Shown: piece by piece, positions 44,070 to 57,700 of the stretch
Layout of the letters: the number at the start of each line of letters is the position of its first letter
Numbering within the stretch: position 1 is the first letter of the stretch
Origin: the human T2T-CHM13v2.0 reference genome, Homo sapiens
Length of the DNA: 64,000 nt
Strand: one strand, 5' to 3'
Assembly (NCBI RefSeq): GCF_009914755.1
Contig: NC_060940.1
Notes under the pieces: model-generated
What the model saw: only the letters and a program-made list of their open reading frames with translations
Told to the model about the DNA's origin: nothing
Databases searched by the model: none
Translations under genes and position numbers: made by a program

Positions 44070-47000
44070 TTACATTCGATTCCATTTGACGATTCCATCT
44101 GATTCTATTCGAGGATTCCATTTGATTCCATTCGATGATGATTCCATTCGAGTCCATTCGATGATTTCATTCGAGTACATCCAATGATTCCATTCGAGTC
44201 CATTTGATGATTCCATTTGATTCCATTTGATAATGATTCTACTAGAGTCCATTCAATGACTCCATTGGAGTCCATTCAACAATTCCATTCGACTCCATTT
44301 GATGATTCCATTCGATTCCATTTGATGATTCCATTCGAGTCCATTTAATCATTACAGTCGAGTCCATTTGGTGATTCCACCGGATTTCTTTTGATAATGA
44401 TACCATTCAATTACATTTGATGATGATCCCATTCAATTTCATTTGATGATGATTCCATTAGAGTCCATTCGATGATTTCATTCGAGTCCCTTCACTGATT
44501 CCATCCGATTTCATTGGATGATGACTCCATTCGAGTCCATTCGATGATTCCACTCGATTCCATTCGATGATGATTCCCTTAGATTCCATTCGATGATTCC
44601 ACTTGATTCCATTTACGATGATTCCATTCGATTCCATGTGATGAATCCATTCAATTCTATTCAATGATGTTTCCATTTGATTCCATTGGACCATGATTGC
44701 CTTTGATTCCATTCAATGATTCCATTCGGTTCCATTTGATGATGATTCCGTTCGATTCCATTTGATGATTCCATTTGATTCCATTGGATGAGTCCATTCG
44801 ATTACATTCGATGATTATTCCATTCGAGTGCATTAGATGATTGCATTCGAGTCCATTCGATGATTCCATTCGATTCCATTCGATGTTGATTCTGTTCAAA
44901 TCCATTCGATGATTCCACTCGATTCCATTCGATGACTCCATTTGATCCCATTCGATGATTTCCTGTGATTCCCTTTGATGATCATTCTATTTGATTCAAT
45001 TCGGTGATTTCATTTCATTCCATTCAGTGATGTTTCCATTCGACTGTATTCGATGATGATTCCATTCGACTCCATTCGATTATGATTTCATTCAATTCCA
45101 TTCAATAATGATTCCCTTCGAGTCCATTCGATGATTCCATTCGATTCCATTCAACGATGATTTGATTCGTTTCCATTCGATGATTCCATTTGATTCCACT
45201 TGATGATGATTCCATTCGAGTCTATTTATGTATTATATTCGTGTCCACTTCATGATTCCATTCAATTCCATTTAATGTTGATTCCATTTGATTCCATTTG
45301 ATGATTCAGTTCGATTCCTTGCAATGATTCCCTACGATTCCTTTCTCTGATGATTCCATTAGATTCCATTCATTGATGATTTCATTCGACTCCATTCGAT
45401 GATGATTCCTTTCGATTCCATTCGATGATGATTGGATTCGATTCCATTTGATTCCATTCGATAATGATTTCGATCAATTCCATTCGATGATTCCATTCGA
45501 TTCCATTCGATAATGATTACATCCGAGTCCATTCGATGATTCCATTTGAGCCCGTTCGATAATTCCATTTGAGTCCAATCAATGATTCCATTCATTTCCA
45601 TTCAATGATTCCATTCGAGTCCATTTGATCATTCCGGTAGGGTCCGTTCGATGTTGATTCCATTGGAGTGCATTCGATGATTCCATTCGAGTCCATTTTA
45701 GGATTTGATTCGAGTCCTTTCGATGATTCCATTCGATTCCACTCGATGATTTCATTCGAGTCCATTCGACACTTCCAATCGATTCCATTTGATGTTTCCA
45801 TTCGATTCCAATTGATGATTCCATTCAATTCCATTCGATGATGATTCCGTACGATTCCATTCTGTGATGATTCCATGTGATTGCAATCAATGATGATTCC
45901 TTTCGATTGCATTCGATTATGATTCATTTCGTGTTCATTCTATGGTTCCACAGGTTTCCATTCGATGATGTTTCCATTCGTTTCCATTCCATTATTAGAT
46001 TCTATTCCATTTGAAGATGATTCCATTCGATTCCATTCATTGGTGATTCCACTCAATTCCATTCAATGATTCCATTCCATTTCTTTCAACAATGATTCCA
46101 TTAGTTTCTAATCGATGATCCACTTGATTCCATTTGACGATGATTCCATTCGTGTCTTTTCGATGATTCCATTTGATTCCATATGATGATGATTCCATTC
46201 GATTCCATACGATGATGATTCCATTCGAGTCCATTCAATGGTGATTCCATTCAATTCCATTCGATGATTCCTTTCGATTCCATTCAATGATGATGGCATT
46301 CGATTCCTTTCGATCATTCCCTTTGATTCCATTCAAATGTGATTTCATTCAAGTCCATTCGATAATTGCATTCGATTCCATTCTATGATGATTCCATTCG
46401 AGTCCATTTGATGATTCCATTCAATTCAAGTCAATGATGATTCCATTCGATTCCACTCGATGATTCCATTGGATTCCATTCGATGATGATTCCATTCAAA
46501 TCCATTCGATAATTCAATTCAAGTCCATTCGATGATGATTCCAATCGAATCCATTCAAAGATTCCACTCAATTCCATTCGATGATGATTCCCTTAGATTC
46601 CATTCGATGATTCCACTTGATTCCATTTACGATGATTCCATTCGATTCCATGTGATGATTCCATTCAATTCTATTCAATGATGTTTCCACTTGATTCCAT
46701 TCGAACATGATTGCCTTTGATTCCATTCAATGATTCCATACGGTTCCATTTGATGATGATTCCATTCGAGTGCATTAGATGATTCCATTCGAGTCCATTC
46801 GATGATTCCATTCGATTCCATTCGATGTTGATTCTGTTCAAATCCATTCGATGATTCCACTCGATTCCATTCGATGACTCCATTTGATCCCATTCGATGA
46901 TTTCCTTTGATTCCCTTTGATGATCATTCCATTTGATTCAATTCGGTGATTTCATTTGATTCCATTCAGTGATGTTTCCATTCAACTCCTTTCGATGATG

Positions 47001-48609
47001 ATTCCATTCGACTCCATTCGATTATGATTTCATTCAATTCCATTCGATAATGATTCCCTTCAAGTCCATTCGATGATTCCATTCGATTCCATTCAACGAT
47101 GATTTGATTCGTGTCCATTCGATGATTCCATTTGATTCCATTTGATGATGATTCCATTCGAGTCCCTTTCATGATTCCATTCAATTCCATTCTCCGATGA
47201 TTTCTTTTGAGCCCATTCAATGCTTCCACTCGATTCCATATGATGATGACTCCATTTGATGAAATTCCATGATGATTCCATTCGCTTGCATTCGATGATG
47301 ATTCCACTTGAGTCCGTTAGAAGATTCTATTCAATTACATTCCATGACGATTCTGTTGGAGTCCATTTGATGATTCCATTAGACTCCATTCGACGATGAT
47401 TCCATTCGATGTTATTCGATGATGATTCCATTCAACTCCATTCGATGTTTCCATTCGAGTTCATTCTATTATTCCATTAGATTCCATTCGATGATGATTC
47501 CATTCGATTCCATTTGATGATTGCATTCTATTTCATTTGATGATGATTCCATTCGAGTCCATTCGATGATTCCATTCGAGTCCATTTAATGAATCCATTG
47601 GTTTCAATTCTATGATGATTACATTGGATTCCATACGTTGATGACTTCATTCGATTCCATTCAATGATGATTCCATTCAATTCCATTCAATGATTCCATT
47701 CAATTCCATACGATGATGATTCCATTTGATTTGATTCGACAGTGAGCCATTCGATTCAATTCCATGATGATTCTATTTGATTCAATTGGTTGACATTTCC
47801 ATTCGATTCCATTCGATGATGATTACATTTGATTCCATTCAAAGATGATTCCATTCTAGCCCATTCAATCATTCCATTCGATTCTATTCAATGATGATTC
47901 CATTCATGTCGATTTGGTGATTCCATTTGACTTCATTTGATGATGATTCCTTTCAAGTTCATTAGAAGATTCCATTCGATTCCATTTGATGATGATCCCA
48001 TTCGAGTCCATTCAGTGATTCCACTCGTTTCCATTCCATGATGATTCCATTCCATTCCATTCAATGATTCCATTCGATTCCGTTTGATGATGATTTCATT
48101 CGAGTCCATTTGATGATTCCATTTGATTCCATTCGATGATGATTACATTCGAGTCCATACGATGATTCCACTCAATTCCATATGATGATGATTCCATTCG
48201 ATTCCATTCGATGATTCCATTCTATTCTATTCAATGGTGATTCCATTCGAGTACATTAGATGATTCCATTCGATTCCATTCAATGATGATTCTATTTGTG
48301 TCCCTTAGATGGTTCCACATGATTCCATTTCATGATGATATTATTTGAGCCCATCCAATGATTCCCTTCGATTCTATTCGATGAGGATTCCATTCGATTC
48401 AATTCATTGGTGATTCTATTCAATTCAATTCTTTGATTCCATTCCATTCCATTCGACAATGATTCCATTCGATTTCTTTCGATGATTCCACTCGATTCCA
48501 CTTGACATTGATTCCATTCGATTCCATTCAATGATTCCGTTTGATTCCAGTGGATGATGATTGCCATCGATTCCATTCGATCACTCCATTCTATTCCATT
48601 TGATGATGA
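44070..48609 (+). repeat. Rearranged, shortened unit, 4540 bp
   Basis: The landmark TTACATTCGATTCCATTTGA(C/T)GATTCCATCTG occurs at 44070 and 48610. Internal phase jumps occur near 44560, 45220 and 45420. Confidence 0.8.
45218..45420 (+). repeat. Non-canonical HSat2 block, ~200-bp fragment
   Basis: GAGTCTATTTATGTATTATATTCGTGTCCACTTCATG...CAGTTCGATTCCTTGCAATGATTCCCTACG matches the sequence from ~4797 and ~8927 onward. Confidence 0.8.
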
Positions 48610-51600
48610 TTACATTCGATTCCATTTGATGATTCCATCTGATTCTATTCGAGGATTCCATTTGATTCCATTCGATGATGATTCCATTCGAGTGCATTCG
48701 ATGATTTCATTCGAGTACATCCAATGATTCCATTCGAGTCCATTTGATGATTCCATTTAATTCCATTTGATTATGATTCTACTAGAGTCCATTCAATGAC
48801 TCCATTCGAGTCCATTCAACAATTCCATTCGAGGCCATTCGATGATTCCATTTCATGATTCCATTCGAGTCCATTTAATCATTACAGTCGAGTCCATTTG
48901 GTGATTCCACTGGATTTCTTTTGATAATGATACCATTCAATTACATTTGATGATGATCCCATTCAATTTCATTTGATGGTGATTCCATTAGAGTCCATTC
49001 GATGATTTCATTCGAGTCCCTTCATTGATTCCATCCGATTTCATTTGATGATGACTCCATTCGAGTCCATTCGATGATTCCACTCGATTCCTTTAGATGA
49101 TTTCATTGGAGTCCATTTGATTGTTCCATTCGATTCTATTCGATTCCTTTCGAAGATTATTCCGTTTGAGTCCATTCGATGATGATTCCATTCCATTCCA
49201 TTCGATGATTCCGTTTGATTCCATTCGATGATTCCCTTCGATTCCTTTCTTTGATGATTCCATTCCATTCCATTCAATGATTCCATTCGAATCTATTCCA
49301 TGATGATTCCTTTCGATTCCATTCGCTGATGTTTCCGTTCAATTCCATTCGATGATGATTCCATTCGATTCCATTCATTGAGGATTCCATTTGATTCCAT
49401 TCAATGATGATTCCATTCTATTCCATTCAATGATTGCATTCAATTCCATTCAATGATTATCCCATTAGAGTAAACTCAACGATTCCATTCAATACCATTC
49501 GATGATGATTCCTTTTGAGTCCATTCAATGATTTCATTCAAGTCCATTTGATGATTCCTTTCAATTCCATTCTATGATGATTCCATTCGAGTCCATTCGA
49601 TGATTCCATTCGATTGCATTCGATGATTCCATTATATTCCATTCAACAATGATTCCATTCGAGTCCATTCCATGATTCCATTAGAGTACATTTAATGATT
49701 GCTTTGTTTTCAATTCGAAGATGATTACATTGGATTCCATTCTATGATACCATTCGATTCCATTCAATGATGATTCCACTCAAATCCATTGGATGATTCC
49801 ATTCGTGTCCATTCGGTGATTTCATTAGATTCCATTCGAGGATGATTCCATTCGATTCCATTCGATGATTCCATTCAATTCCATTCGATGATGATTCCAT
49901 TCCAGTCCATATGATCATTCCATTTGATTTCATTCGATGATGATTCCATTCGATTCCATTCGATGATTCCATTCTATTCCATTCGATGATGATTCCATTC
50001 GAGTCCATTCGATGATTCCATTCGAGTCCATTTAATGATTCCATTGGGTTCAATTCAATGATGATTACATTGGATTCCGTTCTATGATTCCATTCAATTC
50101 CGTTCATTGACAATTTGATTCCATTCGATGATGATTCCATTTGAGTTCATTCGATGATTCTATTCGATTCTCTTCGATGGTGATTCAATTCTATTATATT
50201 GGATGATTCCATTCGATTCCATTTGATGTTGATTCAATTCGATTCTATTCGATGATGATTCCATTGGATTTCACTTGATGATTCTATTCGATTCCATTCA
50301 ATGATGATTCACTTCTCGTCCATTGGATGATTCCATTTCATTCCATTCGATGATGATTCCATTCGATTCCATTCGATGATTCCATTTGATTCCATGCGAC
50401 GGTGAGCAATTCGATTCAATTCCATGATGATTCTATTTGATTCAATTAGATGATGTTTCCATTCGAATCCATTCCATGATTATTCCATTGGAATCCATTC
50501 GGCGATGATTCCATATGAGTCAATTCAATGATGATTCCATATGGGTCCGTTCGATGATAATTCCATTTGATTTCATTCGATGCTTCTATTCAATTCCAGT
50601 CGATGATGATTCCGTTGGAGTCCATACGATGATTCCATTTGATTTCATTTGATGATGATTCCATTCGATGATGATTACATTGGATTCCATTCTATGATTC
50701 CATTCAATTCCATTCGTTGATGATTCGATTCCATTCAATGATGATTCCATTTGAGTTCATTCGATGATTCTATTCGATTCCGTTCGATGGTGATTCAATT
50801 CTCTTATATTGGATGATTCCACTCGATTCCATTTGATGATAATTCCATTGGAGTCCACTTAGTGAATCCTTTAGATTCTACTCGAAGATGATTCCATTCG
50901 AGTCCATTCGATGATACCATTCAATTCCATTCGTTGATGCTTCCATTCAAGTGCATTCGATGATATCATTCGGTTCCATTTGATGATAATTCCATTTGAT
51001 ACCATGCGATGATTCTATTCGATTCCATTCAATGATAATTCCATTCAATTCAGTGATTCCTCTGGACTCCATTTGATGATGATTCCATTCAATGATTCCA
51101 TTCGATTCTATTCCAAAATGATTCCATTTGAATCCATTTGATGATGATTCCATTAGATTCCATTTGATGATTCCATTCGATTCCATTTGACGATGATTCC
51201 ATTCGATTCCATTTGATGATTCCATTCTATTCTATTCGATGATGATTCCATTCGATTCCATTCGATGATGATTGGATTCGATTCCATTTGATGATTTCAT
51301 TTGATTCCATTCGTTAATGATTTCGATCAATTCCATTCGATGATTCCATTCGATTCGATTCGATAATGATTACATCCGAGTCCATTCGGTGATTCCATTT
51401 GAGCCTGTTCGATAATTCCATTTGAGTCCAACCAATGATTCCATTCATTTCCATTCAATGATTCCGTTCGAGTCCATTTGATCATTCCGGTATTGTCCAT
51501 TCGATGTTGATTCCATTGGAGTGCATTCGATGATTCCATTCGAGTCCATTTTATGATTTGATTCGAGTCCTTTCGATGATTCCATTCGATTCCACTCGAT

Positions 51601-54600
51601 GATGATTTCATTCGAGTCCATTCGACACTTCCAATCGATTCCATTTGATGTTTCCATTCGAGTCCAATTGATGATTCCATTCAATTCCATTCGATGATGA
51701 TTCCGTACGATTCCATTCTGTGATGATTCCATGTGATTGCATTCAATGATGATTCCTTTCGATTGCATTCGATTATGATTCATTTCGTGTTCATTCTATG
51801 GTTCCACAGGTTTCCATTCGTGTCCATTCCATTATTCCATTCTATTCCATTTGATGATGATTCCATTCGATTCCATTCATTGGTGATTCCACTCAATTCC
51901 ATTCAATGATTCCATTCCATTTCTTTCAACAATGATTCCATTAGTTTCTAATCGATGATCCACTTAATTCCATTTGACGACGATTCCATTCTTGTCCATT
52001 CGATGATTCCATTTGATTGCATATGATGATGATTCCATTCGATTCCATACGATGATGATTCCATTCGAGTCCATTCAATGGTGATTCCATTCAATTCCAT
52101 TCGATGATTCCTTTCGATTCCATTCGATGATGATGGCATTCGATTCTTTCAATCATTCCCTTTGATTCCATTCAAAGGTGATTTCATTCAAGTCCATTCG
52201 ATAATTGCATTCGATTCCATTCTATGATGATTCCATTCGAGTCCATTTGATGATTCCATTCAATTCAAGTCAATGATGATTCCATTCGATTCCATTCGAT
52301 GATTCCATTGGATTCCATTCGATGATGATTCCATTCAAATCCATTCGATAATTCAATTCAAGTCCATTCGATGATGATTAAAATCGAATCCATTCAAAGA
52401 TTCCATTCAGTTCCATTCGATGATTCCCTTAGATTCCATTCGATGATTCCACTTGATTCCATTTACGATGATTCCATTCGATTCCATGTGATGATTCCAT
52501 TCAATTCTATTCAATGCTGTTTCCATTTGATTCCATTCGACCATGATTGCCTTTGATTCCATTCAATGACTCCATTCGGTTCCTTTTGATGATGATTCCG
52601 TTCGATTCCATTTCATTATTCCATTTGATTCCATTGGATGAGTCCATTCGATTACATTCGATGATTATTCCATTCGAGTGCATTAGATGATTCCATTCGA
52701 GTCCATTCGATGATTCCATTCGATTCCATTCGATGTTGATTCTGTTCAAATCCATTCGATGATTCCACTCGATTCCATTCGATGACTCCAGTTGATCCCA
52801 TTCGATGATTTCCTTTGATTCCCTTTGATGATCATTCCATTTGATTCAATTCGGTGATTTCATTTGATTCCATTCAGTGATGTTTCCATTCGACTCCATT
52901 CGATGATGATTCCATTCGACTCCATTCGATTATGATTTCATTCAATTCCATTCGATAATGATTCCCTTCGAGTCCATTCGATGATTCCATTCGATTCCAT
53001 TCAACGATGATTTGATTCGTGTCCATTCGATGATTCCATTTGATTCCACTTGATGATGATTCCATTCGAGTCCATTTGATGATTCCATTCAATTCCATTC
53101 TCCGATGATTTCTTTTGAGCCCACTCAATGCTTCCACTCGATTCCATATGATGATGACTCCATTCGATGAAATTCGATGATGATTCCATTCGCTTGCATT
53201 CGATGATGATTCCACTTGAGTCCCTTAGAAGATTCTATTCAATTACATTCCATGACGATTCCGTTCGAGTCCAATTGATGATTCCATTAGACTCCATTTG
53301 ACGATGATTCCATTCGATGTTATTCGATGATTCCATTCGATCTCATTCGATGATGATTCCATTCAACTCCATTCGATGTTTCCATTCGAGTTCATTCTAT
53401 TATTCCATTAGATTCCATTCGATGATGATTCCATTCGATTCCATTTGATGATTGCATTCTATTTCATTTGATGATGATTCCATTCGAGTCCACTCGATGA
53501 TTCCATTCGAGTCCATTTAATGAATCCATTGGTTTCAATTCTATGATGATTACATTGGATTCCATTCGTTGATGATTTCATTCGGTTCCATTCAATGATG
53601 ATTCCATTCAATTCCTTTCAATGTTTCCATTCAATTCCATACGATGATGATTCCATTTGATTTGATTCGACAGTGAGCCATTCGATTCAATTCCATGATG
53701 ATTCTATTTGATTCCATTGGTTGACATTTCCATTCGATTCCATTCGATGATGATTCCCTTTGATTCCATTCAAAGATGATTCCATTCTAGCCCATTCAAT
53801 CATTCCATTCGATTCTATTCAATGATGATTCCATTCATGTCGATTTGGTGATTCCATTTGACTTCATTTGATGATGATTCCTTTCAAGTTCATTAGATGA
53901 TTCCATTCGATTCCATTTGATGATGATCCCATTCGAGTCCATTCAGTGATTCCACTCGTTTCCATTCCATGGTGATTCCATTCCATTCCATTCAATGATT
54001 CCATTCGATTCCGTTTGATGATGATTTCATTCGAGTCCATTTGATGATTCCATTTGATTCCATTCGATGATGATTCCATTCGAGTCCATTCGATGATTCT
54101 ATTCGAATCCATTTGATGATTTCTTTTGATTATAGTTGGTGATGATTCCATTGGAGTCCATTCAATGATTCCATTCGATTCCAATCGATGGTGATTCCAT
54201 TAGAGTCCATTTAACGATTCCATTTGATTCCAGTCTCTGATGATTACATTCGAGTCCATACGACGATTCCACTCAATTCCATATGATGATGATTCCATTC
54301 GATTCCATTCGATGATTCCATTCTATTCTATTCAATGGTGATTCCGTTCGAGTACATTAGATGATTCCATTCGATTCCATTCAATGATGATTCTATTTGT
54401 GTCCCTTAGATGATTCCACATGATTCCATTAGATGATGATACTATTTGAGCCCATCCAATGATTCCCTTCGATTCCATTCGATGAGGATTCCATTCGATT
54501 CAATTCATTGGTGATTCTATTCAATTCAATTCTTTGATTCCATTCCATTCCATTCGACAATGATTCCATTCGATTTCTTTCGATGATTCCACTCGATTCC

Positions 54601-54710
54601 ACTTGACATTGATTCCCTTCGATTCCATTCAATGATTCCATTTGATTCCAGTGGATGATGATTGCCATCGATTCCATTCGATCACTCCATTCTATTCCAT
54701 TTGATGATGA
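48610..54710 (+). repeat. Higher-order unit, 6101 bp
   Basis: Landmark spacing 48610 to 54711, with a 10-bp deletion near 48845 and a 1-bp deletion near 52146. Confidence 0.85.
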
Positions 54711-57700
54711 TTACATTCGATTCCATTTGACGATTCCATCTGATTCTATTCGAGGATTCCATTTGATTCCATTCGATGATGATTCCATTCGAGTCCATTC
54801 GATGATTTCATTCGAGTACATCCAATGATTCCATTCGAGTCCATTTGATGATTCCATTTGATTCCATTTGATAATGATTCTACTAGAGTCCATTCAATGA
54901 CTCCATTCGAGTCCATTCAACAATTCCATTCGACTCCATTTGATGATTCCATTCGATTCCATTTGATGATTCCATTCGAGTCCATTTAATCATTACAGTC
55001 GAGTCCATTTGGTGATTCCACCGGATTTCTTTTGATAATGATACCATTCAATTACATTTGATGATGATCCCATTCAATTTCATTTGATGGTGATTCCATT
55101 AGAGTCCATTCGATGATTTCATTCGAGTCCCTTCATTGATTCCATCCGATTTCATTGGATGATGACTCCATTCGAGTCCATTCGATGATTCCACTCGATT
55201 CCATTAGATGATTCCATTGGAGTCCATTTGATTGTTCCATTCGATTCCATTCGATTCCTTTCGAAGATTATTCCATTTGAGTCCATTCGATGATGATTCC
55301 ATTCCATTCCATTCGATGATTCCGTTTGATTCCATTCGATGATTCCCTTCGATTCCTTTCTTTGATGATTCCATTCCATTCCATTCAATGATTCCATTCG
55401 AATCTATTCCATGATGATTCCTTTCGATTCTATTCGCTGATGTTTCCTTTCAATTCCATTCGATGATGATTCCATTCGATTCCATTCATTGAGGATTCCA
55501 TTTGATTCCATTCAATGATGATTCCGTTCTATTCCATTCAATGATTGCATTCAATTCCATTCAATGATTATCCCATTAGAGTAAACTCAACGATTCCATT
55601 CAATACCATTCGATGATGATTCCTTTTGTGTCCATTCAATGATTTCATTCAAGTCCATTTGATGATTCCTTTCAATTCCATTCTATGATGATTCCATTCG
55701 AGTCCATTCGATGATTCCATTCGATTGCATTCGATGATTCCATTATATTCCAGTCAACGATGATTCCATTCGAGTCCATTCGATGATTCCATTAGAGTAC
55801 AGTTAATGATTGCTTTGTTTTCAATTCGAAGATGATTACATTGGATTCCATTCTATGATACCATTCGATTCCATTCAATGATGATTCCACTCAAATCCAT
55901 TGGATGATTCCATTCGTGTCCATTCGGTGATTTCATTAGATTCCATTCGAGGATGATTCCATTCGATTCCATTCGATGATTCCATTCAATTCCATTCGAT
56001 GATGATTCCATTCCAGTCCATATGATCATTCCATTTGATTTCATTCGATGATGATTCCATTCGATTCCATTCGATGATTCCATTCTATTCCATTCGATGA
56101 TGATTCCATTCGAGTCCATTCGATGATTCCATTCGAGTCCATTTAATGATTCCATTGGGTTCAATTCAATGATGATTACATTGGATTCCGTTCTATGATT
56201 CCATTCAATTCCGTTCATTGACAATTTGATTCCATTCGATGATGATTCCATTTGAGTTCATTCGATGATTCTATTCGATTCTCTTCGATGGTGATTCAAT
56301 TCTATTATATTGGATGATTCCATTCGATTCCATTTGATGTTGATTCAATTCGATTCTATTCGATGATGATTCCATTGGATTTCACTTGATGATTCTATTC
56401 GATTCCATTCAATGATGATTCACTTCTCGTCCATTGGATGATTCCATTTCATTCCATTCGATGATGATTCCATTCGATTCCATTCGATGATTCCATTTGA
56501 TTCCATGCGACGGTGAGCAATTCGATTCAATTCCATGATGATTCTATTTGATTCAATTAGATGATGTTTCCATTCGAATCCATTCCATGATTATTCCATT
56601 GGAATCCATTCGGCGATGATTCCATATGAGTCAATTCAATGATGATTCCATATGGGTCCGTTCGATGATAATTCCATTTGATTTCATTCGATGCTTCTAT
56701 TCTATTCCAGTCGATGATGATTCCGTTGGAGTCCATACGATGATTCCATTTGATTTCATTTGATGATGATTCCATTCGATGACGATTACATTGGATTCCA
56801 TTCTATGATTCCATTCAATTCCATTCGTTGATGATTCGATTCCATTCAATGATGATTCCATTTGAGTTCATTCGATGATTCTATTCGATTCCGTTCGATG
56901 GTGATTCAATTCTATTATATTGGATGATTCCACTCGATTCCATTTGATGATTATTCCATTGGAGTCCACTTAGTGAATCCTTTAGATTCTACTCGACGAT
57001 GATTCCATTCGAGTCCATTCGATGATACCATTCAATTCCATTCGTTGATGCTTCCATTCAAGTGCATTCGATGATATCATTCGATTCCATTTGATGATAA
57101 TTCCATTTGATTCCATGCGATGATTCTATTCGATTCCATTCAATGATAATTCCATTCAATTCAGTGATTCCTCTGGACTCCATTTGATGATGATTCCATT
57201 CAATGATTCCATTCGATTCTATTCGAAAATGATTCCATTTGAATCCATTTGATGATGATTCCATTAGATTCCATTTGATGATTCCATTCGATTCCATTCG
57301 ACGATGATTCCATTCGATTCCGTTTGATGATTCCATTCTATTCTATTCGATGATGATTCCATTCGATTCCATTCGATGATGATTGGATTCGATTCCATTT
57401 GATGATTTCATTTGATTCCATTCGTTAATGATTTCGATCAATTCCATTCGATGATTCCATTCGATTCCATTCGATAATGATTACATCCGAGTCCATTCGA
57501 TGATTCCCTTTGAGCCTGTTCGATAATTCCATTTGAGTCCAACCAATGATTCCATTCATTTCCATTCAATGATTCCATTCGAGTCCATTTGATCATTCCG
57601 GTAGGGTCCATTCGATGTTGATTCCATTGGAGTGCATTCGATGATTCCATTCGAGTCCATTTTAGGATTTGATTCGAGTCCTTTCGATGATTCCATTCGA

